NCBI RefSeq assembly: GCF_964204645.1
Contig: NC_134025.1
Span: 23,478,299 to 23,542,298 of the forward strand
Direction of reading: 5' to 3'
Source of the DNA: Tubulanus polymorphus
Taxonomy: Eukaryota > Animalia > Nemertea
DNA length: 64,000 nt
In this document: positions 41,612 to 55,000 of the stretch, piece by piece
How positions within the stretch are numbered: position 1 is the stretch's first letter
How the letters are laid out: every line of letters begins with the position of its first letter
The notes under the pieces: model-generated
Databases searched by the model: none
What the model was told of the DNA's origin: nothing
The model's input: the letters and a program-made list of their open reading frames with translations, nothing else
Position numbers and translations under genes: made by a program

Positions 41612-43563
41612 TCTGCCCTGTAAGTAGAAACATAGCCTACCTATCAAAATAATCGTACAAGTAAGGCATACAACCAACTTGCACCTGAAAATTAGTTAAC
41701 CATGCGTAACCAAAACCAGACGAACCTATAGAAAGCAGAGGAATGCTCATATGGCCTAAAAGTTTCTCCAATCGAAGTAAACATATCGCATCAAAATCAT
41801 GTCAACAAATGAGTTCATACTAAACAACAAGGCTTTTAATCAATTTTTGAAGCCTAACCTTTTTCAAAACTTACCCATTTCGAATACGGATATCCGATCC
41901 CGGGAAAACTATAATCCGATTGCGGAACGCAACCGGAGAAATGGGGCCGCCCGCCGGCATGACAGGATGGAATTGACGGCAGAGTGAAATCGAAATTGAA
42001 ATTTTCCGGAGCGAATGACGATGCTGAAGTAATAGCTGTCATAATCGTGTTGAAAATTCAAGAGCGCGTTCATATAGTAATAGAAGAAAGCTACTATACG
42101 CGATATAAACTTCTATAATTTCAGTATCACAGCTTGTCTACACTGTACGGATCGGATCGTACTGGCTGGTATGGTCGCTATAGCAATGGTAGTCAGATCT
42201 CTATTATTAGAAGCACACACGCGCGGGAAGGCCACAGGGTGGAGTAGCTCGCAATGTATATAAACAACGCAAAAATCAATCAAATTCATGATAAAACTGT
42301 CATGTCGATTGATTTCGCAAATTCACAACAGGTGGCAGTATATGGTGAAGTCAGCATCTTTAGGACGGAATTGTTATCAACGCCTAAATGATATCATAGC
42401 TGCCACATCAACTGTACGTACATACATGAATGACTCATTCCCAAGTGTGACAAGTTTTTTGATTAAAGTCCTGCGATATATAATCAATGTAATTGTTTCT
42501 ATGACTCATATATTCAAGCGCTACAACAATGTTTTCAAACAAGGAAAGTCTCTTTTACAACTAACAATAGGACAATTCAATTGAACATTCGAATGGCCAT
42601 TCCTTAATACTACAATGATTATTATTTTTATCATTAAGGAAAAATACCATAGAGAAACAAATTAGTGACACTAATAAAAAGGTTGACAAATTCACAAGTA
42701 TGACACAAGTATACTAGATCGTTTTCCTTCGAATTGTTCATTGACATCGGAACAATATGATATCAATGCGATAAGCTAGAAATGAACCAAAACATTACTA
42801 TTAGTGCTTATTCATTTGATATGAAACTGGTTTTTGGGAAAAGGTTTATAGTCTGGCCTTAGACTTTTTGCACAGATTTTTAAATACGCCCTGCATAATC
42901 ATCGATCACCAGGTTGGCAATGTTGAGTATTGAGTAAAAACCTGCTGATTTTTAAGTAACCAGTAGGCTACTATCACAATGGTCACCCTAGTGTATCATC
43001 CCGGTTTATAGTCATACTAGAACTGGTGCTGTTATCAATAAGTAGCATTAGGATCAATGGTAATCATTCCCTCTTGGGATTAAACACAGCAGGACTAACC
43101 TACAAGTATATGTTAAATATACAGGGAATAATGACGTAATTGTACCCTGTCTATATCAAATATTAATATTAAGATCAGTATATGTATATGGATAGCATAG
43201 TCATAGATATATAGACCTAATCTTTTCAGCTATGGATTAATGATAGGTAAATAAGGTTACCAAAATTCCATTGAATCTTAGTAATAATACCAAAAATATC
43301 CAATGATACAGGTTACAAATGCGGAATGATAGGCAAGGGTCTGCAATTACTTGAAACATGCATATCAGAAGATTTTGGGCTGTTCACATAGCAGGACCCA
43401 CAGAACAGGGACAGGTCACTTAAGGTTTACCACACAGTAATTATACTATTGATGAAAGAATAGGGCTGTGGATCAACTTAGGTTTAGGCCTAGGGCAATT
43501 TCAAATAAACACTATCACAGACTACTACAACAGTAAACTACTAGGCCTATATGGCATAGGTGA

Positions 43564-43846
43564 CAGGGTGGCTACTTTCCACCCTATACAAAACCCCTTT
43601 TCCTCGATTTTTCCATGTGATTACACAAAATTCTCTGAGTGAATCAGAGAAATTTCTAGGTTTAAAATGTTATAATTCATTCATTTTTCATTTAATCACG
43701 TATTGATAAAGAAACACACGGTCAATAGCAATCTGAAATCCATGAATTTTCCAGACCTTATGTGATATTTGTCACATTCCTTGAGTTTTCCCTTTTTCGT
43801 CTGATTCCCTGAGTTTTCCAGATTTTCCAGGTCAGAGGCCACCCCG
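43564..43846. mobile_element. MITE-like element with CAGGGTGGCTAC...GGCCACCC termini and TTCC(C)TGA repeats
   Basis: Imperfect terminal inverted repeats. The internal repeats are the reverse complement of the AGTCAGGGAA repeats at ~50.0 kb. Confidence 0.5.
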
Positions 43847-44050
43847 TGTGACAAAGGCCTACACCTTATAGGCCTATCAAAATCGAAGATGCACTCAACA
43901 GTGTATTTGTGTGGTACCTTAAGAATTATTGAAGACGGCAATAAATAACAGAAAATTGTGTGGTCTAAGTTGTTTGCGATGATAGTGGTACCAAAAATTG
44001 GAGGAAGGCTCCTGAACCTCATTGCCGGATCACCTTAGGACTCCTCATAT

Positions 44051-44122
44051 CCCGGTAGGGATTCAAAACCTGATGGCATCGAGACTCGTCCACGGAACAA
44101 AAAAACCCTTCCATACTAGCCC
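44051..44122 (-). mobile_element. tRNA-like (SINE head) copy 1
   Basis: Reverse strand reads GGGCTAGTATGG...GTGGACGAGTCTCGATGCCATCAGGTTTTGAATCCCTACCGGG, with A- and B-box-like motifs; homologous to copy 2. Confidence 0.55.
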
Positions 44123-44308
44123 AAATATGTGCAGATGCTCAGCTTAAGATGATGTCATTATTAGCCAATCAGAAATCCTATTTTATTTCATTCAGCCCAG
44201 GATTTTCCATCAAAATTTCTTCCATGAAATTTGCCTCAGCAATTAGGCTATACGCCGATTGGCACCGCAGTTTTGACGCGATAAACATGCGCATGTACCT
44301 GCGCAACC

Positions 44309-44381
44309 GGTCTAGTGTGGCAGGGTTTCGTGCTGTGGTCGAGTCTAGCGATGCCATCCAGATTCGAATCCCAGCCAGGGG
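44309..44381 (+). mobile_element. tRNA-like (SINE head) copy 2, tRNA-Glu-like
   Basis: GGTCTAGTGTGGCAGGGTTTCGTGCT...CCAGATTCGAATCCCAGCCAGGGG resembles eukaryotic tRNA-Glu D- and T-arms but does not form a clean cloverleaf. Confidence 0.6.
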
Positions 44382-44885
44382 AGGATAATTCCACAGGCAG
44401 TGCATCCACTCCTTCCTTACATACAGATCCAGCTGTCTGTCTTTGAGTTCCTAGACCTTTAGTGGTGGTAGAGTTCAATTCAATACTGACACCGTCGTGG
44501 TCCATGTTGGTGCAGTATAGGGTTAAGGCGAGGGGGTATTTAATATCATTGAAAAGATTGATAGACGAAATGAGGAAATGACCAGCAAATGTAAAAAAAT
44601 TTTGACGGTTTTTGCCGACATTTTTGAGGTGAATTTACGTAAATATTCGGTGGCTTACCAAATCTACTCTTAAATATGAGGAGTAGGAATATCACCCAGA
44701 AACTCTATATCGAGTCGAACATTTCATCTGGGTCTTGTATAGGCGTCAATCGACATTTCTGTCGAGATATCTCCGTTTTTCGAGCAGAGCTGTCATGTCT
44801 ACTTGTCACCGTTCGTCGCGAAGTATGACTAAAACGCGGATGTCGGACTCGTCTTTGGATTTAAAATTAACTGCGAAATTACAAC

Positions 44886-47671
44886 ATGGCCGCGCCCACT
44901 AAATTCAAAGATTCGTTCAAATTTTTCAAACAAAAGTCGTTACAGCTCGAATCGGCCGATGTCATCGATTTTTCTGATGTAGAAAAACACGATGAGGTAA
45001 CGAGAATAAGTTCCCACAGCTCTGTTTGTTGTTGAAATCCTTCAAAAATTAAAATTCAGGTTGTGAAAATGACTGTCTGTCGGTCAGGTTCCCTTTCCCC
45101 CTTCCAAATTTTATTATTACACCCTTCGCCTTCTTTCAATGATAGTCAATACTCTACTATATTTTCTCAAATATTGATTGAGGTGACTGTAGTTTAGGCG
45201 CCCACTCCCTGACCTGCAACCTTAACATATAATAGTGCCACGTATTGGACATCGAACTTGAGTAGGTTTACCCACAGGGACCTGACAAAAAAAAATTTTG
45301 ACCCCAGTATCCTAGGTACTATATAAAAAAAACATTTTTTTAGATATAGTACCTAGGATACTGGGGTCAAAAATTTTTTCTGTCAGGTCCCTGTGGGTTT
45401 ACCTAAACTACCAACTACCAAATCGTTGGTGGTAAGCTTTTATTTATAATCAGATGGGCTTATATGTGGTTTGTGAAAATATCAGATTGTGCAACTAAAC
45501 CGCAGACACGTTACTGACTAGCTGTAGTTCAAACAGTAAATTTAATGTACCCATCCCATAAGTCTAGTTTTTCAAGACTCATCGACCAGTAATGAAGTAT
45601 TAAAGTTTCTTTTGTAAATGAAAGAATTACAATAAGAAAAAAAGAAATCATTTTCCATATTGTTTCAGATATTTCTCTATGATTTACCAAGTGAAAGGCC
45701 AGTGGAAGCATTTTGTGGGTTGACAGATGCCAAACACTGGAAATTATACGGACACAAACAATTTCCAGGTACTAAAGTTTTGTAGCCTCTAGTTTCAGAT
45801 TCTATCTATCAGCAGGTTGCTGGAATCTTTCAAGATATGACTAACAATACAAAACAGCCAATAACATCAGTTTTGAATTTAGTAGAGTTTGATTCTACAT
45901 TTTGCAATTGTATTCAACAGGTTTTTGGTTCCTTTCAAATCCCTTTCAACCTGGCTTCCAGAAGTACTGGATTGACCGATGTGTCAGGTGCTACCACGAG
46001 AATCCAAACATCTGTAATTTAGATTCACTTCAACAGAGAGGTGAAGGAAATCTTTGGGATGAAATGTATGTATGCTGAATTGAAAATTTCTTAAAATATC
46101 TTCTGCGATTATTTGTGAGCCTAAGCATAATTGAATTTTAGAAAAATATTTAGGTTAAGTGAAACAGCTGATATGACGAAAACGAGTATGTTTAAATTGA
46201 GGTGGACTACACTTGGGTATCATTATGACTGGAATACAAAAGTAAGTTTCAAGATAGGCCTAAATGTTTTGTGTTTGATATGGTTCTATTATATTGTATA
46301 CTTAGTAAGGTTATTCCATTTGCAGTTGTACTATAAGGACAAATTCACTCCATTTCCCGAAGATCTTGGTTGTTTAGCTAAATACATCACTCAGTCTTTA
46401 GGATATGAACAATTTCAAGCTGAAGCAGCTATTATAAACTATTATCACTTGGATTCAACACTTTCTGGACACACAGACCATTCAGAATATGATCTCACTG
46501 CGCCACTGCTTTCATTCAGGTTTGTCCATCTTTGTTGACTAGTATTACATTCATATTTATCCAAGCACTTTTATTAGAGTTTTTCTGTTACTTCGAAGAA
46601 AACCCTATTGTTATTCTCATGATTAATGATTGATATAATTATTTCTTGTGACTTGATTTTAACGATTCGATGACTTGAAATTGCTGTCTGGTGTTGAACA
46701 TTATAGATTGTGAACCACCTTAATGAGTGACGTTTGTTTTCTTTCCGCTAATGATAGATCGCAGCAAAAGAAACAAATTTAGATTTGCATCGTAAAGTCA
46801 GTTTGCAATGATAGGTTTAACCAACACCCTGGTACATCAATTTTGATTTAATTGTATGATTGCAAGTGCTTGTGATTGCAAGCTATATTTGAGAATTCTT
46901 AACGCATTTTATCATATGCCTTAACGCAAGTAGAATTATTCCTTTTGTTGAAAGAAGTCTCCAAATTATAGATTGGTTATCAATTGTTTCATATTTGGGG
47001 ATATCCAGTCGCCGGTTTTATAGACTAGGGGGTAAACTAATCGATTGATTAGTTTACCCCCTAGTCAATAATGTTCAACACCAGACTAATTGATTAGCAG
47101 GACATGACATTTGTAGTTCAATTTCTAACTTAAATTTGCACTTATAATTTTGTAATATTTGTATTTATTATATCTAGAAACCAACTTACAGAATGTATGT
47201 AAATTAAAATGAAGTTCATTGTGGTATTACAGTTTCGGACCGACTGCAATATTTCTACTTGGAGGAAAAACGAAGGAAACAAAACCGATTGCGATGTATT
47301 GTAGAAGCGGAGATATAATTGTCATGGCTGGAGAGAGCAGACTCGCTTATCACGCAGTACCGAAAATCCTTCCGATTAGTGCACACGAACTTAAAGATGT
47401 CATGTTTTCTCCAAATGGGACATGTGCTTGTAAAAACGTTTCCGATGCAACAGTTTGTTTTAAAGAATGTTTAATGAAAAATTTAACTGACGATGATGAC
47501 TTGGAATATTGGGCTCCACACGTGAATTATCTTCTGAAATCACGGATTAATATGAATGTGCGACAAGTCTTAAAACCAGGCGAAGGTTTTCCCACTCTTG
47601 TAGCTGAAGACCAAAATGACATTCATCCGTGTAAAGTGCCTAAGTTATCGAAGGATGATCCATACAGCTGA
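44886..47671 (+). CDS. ALKBH1: Nucleic acid dioxygenase ALKBH1 (Fe(II)/2-oxoglutarate)
   Basis: Six exons starting MAAPTKFKDSFKFFK...VIDFS. Motifs LRWTTLGYHYDW, AEAAIINYY, HTD (HxD), PLLSFSFG, SGDIIVMAGESRLAYHAVP and RINMNVRQV; stop at 47669-47671. Confidence 0.96.
45263..45405. repeat. Long near-perfect hairpin (foldback MITE-like) in ALKBH1 intron 1
   Basis: ACCCACAGGGACCTGACA...GACCCCAGTATCCTAGGTACTAT pairs with ATAGTACCTAGGATACTGGGGTC...TGTCAGGTCCCTGTGGGT around a tiny loop. Confidence 0.9.
47023..47066. repeat. Perfect 20-bp inverted repeat with a 4-nt loop in ALKBH1 intron 5
   Basis: GACTAGGGGGTAAACTAATC-GATT-GATTAGTTTACCCCCTAGTC. Confidence 0.9.
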
Positions 47672-49053
47672 TCTTATTAAAATTTTATTCTTTATCTTTT
47701 GAATACGTCTTTGTTCTCTATTTAATGGTGGTAGGAAGGAATTTTCATCGCGAATGCTTTTTATGCGTGAACTAGAAATATTCAATTACACTTTGTTTTG
47801 TTTGGTGCTGCCATCATGCTGACATATGTCAAACTATTATAGGTTACGCGTTTGTGTGTGTATGTATGTATGCATGTCAGCCCAAACATATGTTTTAAAA
47901 CTTTTGGATTTTACACAAAAGTAAAATCGTCCTCAATTTTAAGACCTCAATTGCTGGAATACATAGGTTTGATGCTGTATTGGAATCATGTTTGAGAAGG
48001 TGAGTCTTTTATCAGTTGGTGTTGTAATCAAAAGTCGATAACTTTCTATAAGTATGCCACAGAATAGATAATAAGTGACTGACAGTCCAAGTGGGTTTTT
48101 CATTCTTAAGTAATTCTTGATAATCTGTCTTCGTCTCTCCATTTTACCAGTCAATACGCATAGATTGTCGTAATTTCTTTGAAAATGAAGTTATGAATTT
48201 GTTTACAGATTATTCAATTATTGTTTTTCATAACTAAATATCTATCATATGTTTTTCATGCAAATTTGCTAAGTAAGAGAATTTTTTTAATAAAAAGATG
48301 ATAGGTAGAGATGAATAAAACTAATCGTCTTTTTTTTAGAATAAAGTATTTTATTAACAAATTACATCATGAAAAATAGTCATACTTGCCACGCGTAGAA
48401 ACCGTATGGACAAGTGGCAAACTAATTGTCTTAATCCAAATGTTTGGTTGTAGATTACAGTACAGCAAATTTGATGGTGTCTATTAGTCTTTTCTTAGTA
48501 CAAACAATATCATTAATGACTTGTCATAACTCAAGTGAATCCAATTAAATCTCTGTGCAAATGTTTGTAGTAAACCCAGTAGGTAGATTTAAATTCATTT
48601 GATTTGCCATTGTTGCATTAAATCCTATAAACCTCATGATTAATCAGTTGTGTCTTAATTAATCTCATGACCGCATTATAAGGTAGTTAACAAGGTGGGT
48701 AATTATGTCTTTTGAAGATGGACGTGCCTTAGCATGATTTAGGCGAATGGAATTTGCTCTCATAAGCTGAAAGATTATGGAGTGTGTTGCTCCTGCAGAC
48801 CACATTGCCAGGATAACGCCGCCTCGGGTGGAATCAATATTGCCGCATAGCCACCGCCATCACTCACCGATCTGTGACAAAAATTACGCGAGCATTTTAC
48901 GTTTCACTTTTTCAGGATGTAAACTAATACATAACGCTTTGTTAATTGTGGTACACGGACAGTAGTGAGAGAAAATGGATTTATAGCCTTGGAAGTGAAA
49001 CCATTTGTTGGTTGATTGGTAATTATGATCATTTTGCGGCAGTGATATACATC

Positions 49054-52000
49054 ATGTCGGGTGCAGGAAATTTGAATTTGTCGTTGCTGGCAAGGGGTGT
49101 CGGTGAAGTAAAGAAAAATGGCGATAAGATTGAAGTGAAGTTAGAGGCAGCGGTAAGTTTTTAGATGATGCAATACTGAAACTAACTAATTCAACATGTT
49201 CAGAAATATTCTTACCTTGTATATCTATAGACTTAGTTTATACTTTCTTCTAAACCAGCAATAAGTCATTGTATCTGCTTCCTCTTACAAAAATTTGTCT
49301 TATAGATTTTTTTTTCCTTTTATATATTTGTTTTTTTCATATGGCAAATGGCCGAGTACGAGAGGACTATCAGCAATATTGACGGTTCGATCTTTTATCG
49401 CATGAATTGCGATATATTTCTAATGATTTATGACATTATTTTGCGATATCATATATTGTTAAAAACTACTTAAGAGTTTTGTAAATAATGACGCTCACAT
49501 GGGCAATGCTATGTATGAATAAAATATAATCAGGCTCGTACCGATATTTAAAAATCAGAAATACATTTTACGGCTATAAATGGTCGAAATAGTTTCGAAT
49601 ATAGTCTAAGGGTTTATTAGCTAAGCTCATTATAATGTTCAACGCGGTTTCGTGGCATTCTTAGAAATTGTTTGAAATTGCATGCAACAGTGTTATCTAA
49701 AGACGTTTTATTTACATCATTACTTTTCATTCATCAAGGTTTTAATCCTGTTTTCATTAATTTGTTATGCACTTTGATATTAGTTAGAGTTGTTCAATAT
49801 TTCAAGTAGAAGAGTTCGATCTGAAATAACTGATTTTTTCAGTTTGTTAAGAAAGGTGTTCCTGAAGAGTCCCGCTCACTGATTGTCTTTAAATTTGGGA
49901 GAAAATTACTTCAATCTCAAATGTTGGATCTCCCTGATCAGAAAACAGATTTTGAGCCAAATATTTGGAACATATACCAGCTAAGTGGCCTTTTACTTGG
50001 AAATCAGGGAGAAGTCAGGGAATTTTCTTTTCTCTAAGAAAGTCAGGGAATAGTCAGGGAATTTTGTTAAAAAGTTAACAATTGGGGAAAAGTCGGGGAA
50101 ATTAGTTGAGATTGCTGGTAAAATCAAACAGTTTCCATCTATGTCTTACGTATTTAACTGTGTTGATTGATCATTGGATTCAAATTGCTTAAATGCTAAG
50201 AGTCATCTGTTTCTGTGTTCATTGACGATCATGTCATTTGATCATGATGAATAAACTAACTTGTAAACTTGAGTAAGATAGAAATGGCTTACAAATCCCT
50301 GGCTACAGACTTAATGAAAGTGAAGACACACGAACGGTAGAAATGGAAATGAACTTTGATATACTCTGTATATTTGTATTTCGAATATTCCGGGCTGGCA
50401 TAAATCAACAACCGGCCGGCGATTAAATAGATTTTACTGTTTGAAAATCAACATCGAGCCGCCAATTCATTGACTGCAATTTCCGTGCTCGGCTAGTCTT
50501 ATTTCAATGAATAAAGCCGATTATCGCATTGATAAATGAATGAATAATTCCCAAGTATTAGTAGTGATAAAGCTCTGATTTAGATTAATGCTATGTCTGG
50601 ATCGAGCAACGACATAGATCAGTGGAAACAGTTTTGAAATCATGACTTCAGAACTTAATCAACAGTACCCCAATAGATGAAGAATGCGTTTAAATGATTG
50701 TATGTGCGCTGTTGTATATCTATTGACTTTTTATCATTTGTGTTTTTAGTTCTTAGTCAAATAAATCTTTCCGTTTCATAACATGGATCACATTATACGA
50801 TCAAATCTCGCTATAAGAGATTTCTGACGTAAAATATCTCTGATTATTTTGACCAATTTTAATCTTCACTTTTGATTACGTCATTGTGATATGTCTCATA
50901 TATATCAATGTACAGTTGAATGTCTTAGATACATCAACATTGTGGCGTGTAACTATTGACGTTGAATTTAGAAATAGCGCAAAAGTCATTTTAGTGTAAA
51001 GTGTTCTCATAAACAAGATTTCTTTAATGGAAGGTAATTTTTCCGTACAAAAGTAATGAATGATATACCTGTGCGAGACAATTTTAATAGCTGATATTCT
51101 CGTTTGAGGGACCGTGCACAGTGAACAGAACAGGTTTTTCAGTATTTGATTAGTTTTTGAACAGGTATTTGTTGATTATATACCTGTCAATCCTGTGTCG
51201 AAGTGTAAAATGTCTTATAGCCAATAACATTCCCTCTGCAGAATGCGTTATTGTGTTGAAAACCCCATTTCACAAAAGTTCTTCAACACTTTGTCTTAAC
51301 AACATATTGTAGCAATAGAGTAAAATAACTCAAGAGTTCAAATAATCTTTAAACTAAGTTCACATGTAGATATTTTTGTCATGTGTATCGTCGGTAAACT
51401 TATAATTGGTATTTACATTCATCTTTTCTACCAACATACAATAAACCATTTTACAGTTGCTAGCCGCCATTTTGTTAGGGTACTTTTGTCCTGTATTGTT
51501 GGGTCGTTTTTTTCTCTTTTTAAAAACTATCCGTGATGTGTGTTGTATCATATTTCATCTGTCCATGGATGGATTTTGACAGTTTCAGCAACATTCAAAC
51601 CGCATAAATCTCTAGTTTTCAGTTATGTAAGAATCATTTTTCAAATTTGAAACAATGCGACTTGAGAGCGATATAAAAATTGGCGGTCAGTTTTTTCCGT
51701 GCGCATAGAAATCAAGGGTACTGAACTTTGAAGTTCGTTATTTTCAGAAATAATTTTCTAAAAAATCCAAGCATTTCAAGAACTGTGCGCATAAATGCCC
51801 TCTTTCAGGTGAACTTTGAAATGTTAAGATATCTTGCCTAGTTTTTTCCCTATGGCACTTAACCTGCAGCGCATGTATTGTCATTCCGAGATTCGGCGCT
51901 GTTTTCTTTGCGTGTATTTCAGTATATGGGTGTTATTTTTTTCATTTTTGATACACTTGTCTCTACGGAAAATGGTTTTAATTGTTGGTACGAGTATCAG

Positions 52001-55000
52001 GTTTAAATATTACGGCATTAATACTGTATTCCGTTCTCCGGCGCTAGTTCGTAATGGCTGTATTGGTAGCCGCTTTTACAGCAGGCAGAGGCTTACGTAC
52101 ATGCACCCAAGAAAACCCAAAATATCACTCTTTTGTTGTAAATGCAATCCACACACTTCTTGCGTTTTTGTGATGGTAGATGTCACGTTTTACTTTTAAT
52201 CACCTGTGTCTGACATTAGGACTTGATACTTGATATTTCACCACCAAAGCAAGAAAATGTTTTCCTATATTTTCTTCCCGAGCAAATCAATCTTGTGTGT
52301 ACTTAATAGAAAGTATTCATAGAAAGTAGCTGAATATTTGCCCCACCCCATTTGTCCAGCTTTTTGACCACTTCTCCATCCATCTAATTTAAGTAGATTT
52401 TTATGTAAATTAATTGATAGACTACTGATTTAAATGGTCATCATACTCGATTTTGAGTGTTATATTTCTTTTCTTCTTTCATCTCAATATAGGCCTATAT
52501 GTTCTCTTCCCGCGCGCAACTTCGAATACGTGATCAAAATGCCGCTCAGTCTCACTGCTAAAACTGGTCAAAAAAATCCCTTAAACTCCAACATCTCAAA
52601 TGTCTTCGATCTATTATTGCATAAATGACGTAATATTAAAACCTGATACTCGTACCAACAATTAAAACCATTTTCCGTAGAAACAAGTGTAGTAAAAATG
52701 AAAAATAACACCCATATACTGAAATACACGCAAAGAAAACAGCGCCCAATCTCGGAATGACAATACACGCGCTGCAGTTAAAGAGCCATAGGGAAAAAAC
52801 TAGGCAAGATATCTTGAAATTTCAAAGTTCACCTGAAAGGAGGCATTTATGCGCACAGTTCTTGAAATGTTTGGATTTTTTAGAAAATTATTTCTGAAAA
52901 TAACGAACTTCAAAGTTCAGTACCCTTGACTTCTATGCGCACGGAAAAAACTGACCGCCAATTTTTATATCGCTCTCATGTCGCATTGTTGCAAATTTAA
53001 AAAATGATTTTTACATAACTGAAAACTAGAGATTTATGCGGTTTGAATGTTGCTGAAACTGTCAAAATCCATCCATGGACAGATGAAATATGATACAACA
53101 CACATCACGGATAGTTTTTAAAAAAGAGAAAAAATGACCCAACAATACGGGACAAAAGTACCCTAACAAAATGGCGGCTAGCAACTGTAAAATGGTTTAT
53201 TATTCTGAAAATTAAAATGTATGATAACTTAAGCAAATTTACTATATGTCTATAATTTCTATTTGACAAAAATCTACTGAACAGCATGACTAATGCTGAA
53301 AAACATGTTCGAAATATCTTTGTTTTGGGGATCAGATAAGATACAATTTTGCTTGGAACACTTTTCTGTACTAAATGGTATAGAAAATCCTAATTGCATA
53401 AAGTCTTTCTTATTGTCATTTTGTAATAAAAGAGTTGAATATTATTGTGGTATTATGAATGAAATTATTCAGCAATTTGTCCCATCCGAATCAAACAATC
53501 AATGAATTGAACATAAAAACTATCGATCAATTTTATTCACTTCAGTTAAATTGTCATACTATCTAAACAAATGGCTTTTCATTCCAGGACTACTTTAACT
53601 GGAAAGATGATACAAATCGTAATTTCATATTACCACCGATCGCATCAGACAAACAGCCTGAAATCGGCGATTCCGCTGGGAACAGTCACTCGAATCGCGG
53701 TAGCTACGAAACAAAGTTGATAATTCCAAAAACATTTATCACGAGGAAGGGTGCATTGCTTTTGTTTTCGGAAGATCTGGCAAAAACCTTTGAAGAAGAA
53801 GAGGATGGCCGAGAAGAAGGCGGAGGAGGAAAAGATATGGCTCTCACAGATGAGCTTGATCTCAGAACAGTAGGAGATTTGGCAAACAGTATTTTAGCTT
53901 ACGGAAGTCGGGTATGTAATATTCCACTCCATTATTAAGTAACTTGTTTCTTTATTATGTCCACTACTAAAGCTCGATAATCTAGCATAGTACAGGCTAA
54001 GATTTAGATTCATCCAATAGTTTTTTGTTCTCAGAAACCAGATGAAGCAGTTTGTCTCAAAGTCATTCCGCAACGAGATAGTCGTTCACTGAAGATAATC
54101 CGGCCTGGATTCTCACCTCGGCGTTACCTAGCTAGCTGGACAAAGTTCTTTGATACGAACTTCGTTGCCAGGCTGTCTACAAAAGGTATTTATCACTAAG
54201 TGTTGTCAATCGACTGCATCTTGATATCAGGATGTAAATTTTTACAAGATTTTTTCTTGCTTGAATTGGACCTACTAAAAGAGTTAATCAGTTTTCTCTC
54301 ATTGATGAAAACTTTATAGAAATTGTAATTGGTACTATATTCATTTGTTTCCTTCACATGCAGGTTATCTCCACGAGAAAAATCTATACGAAAGCAATCA
54401 GTTTCTTCCACATATTCGCTACCCGGTTAACGTCGACCTGTCAAACTACCCGATGCCATACCGTATAATGAAGCAAATGCTCATGTCACCAGGAAGTCTA
54501 TCTGGATATACATTTTATTGGTCTTTCCTCAATGGGAATAAAGGTAGTGTTATAACTATGCAGGATAACGTGAATAACGTGTTTGGAGCAACGTCTCAGA
54601 CGTTTTATTGAGTTTATACACCAGGATTGGTTGAATTTTACTCCAGAGTTTAATTAGTTAATGCTTTAACCTAGCATGTCTGCTTTATTCTACATGCTAG
54701 ATGTCCATAAGGCACCCCTTTCATACTTATGTCTATTTTCTTACAATCGATCGACGACCATAAAACTCAACAGTGTGAAACTGTTCCCATGGATGTGTGT
54801 ATTGTCCATGGACGTTACCTCCTCTATGGCCCGCTGTTGTTTCCTGACCAATAAACACTACGGAACAATGAAGTTGAATTCTCCCTGGGGGATGATGGGA
54901 AATGAAAAGCAACTGCAGTGATATCGATCAACGTTTAGGCGTTGTGAAACAATACGTGGTTGTTTAGTAGAAGTAAATGTTCAATTGGAGTGAGTCAGGC

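Noticed and set aside
44149-44505. Short ORFs, or functional tRNA genes
   Set aside because: The ORFs have no domain features, and the tRNA-like units lack a proper acceptor stem and anticodon arm, so they are called tRNA-derived rather than tRNA.
44513-44526. piggyBac-like terminus (TTAACCCT on the minus strand)
   Set aside because: No matching second terminus was found.
51834-52768. Two similar ORFs (MYCHSEI.RCFLCVYFSIWVLFF) on opposite strands
   Set aside because: They are mirror products of the inverted-repeat arms, not a gene pair.
54676-54921. 81-aa ORF or possible extra exon in a KIAA2012-like intron
   Set aside because: No convincing frame-compatible splice sites or homology; the flanking exons join in phase without it.
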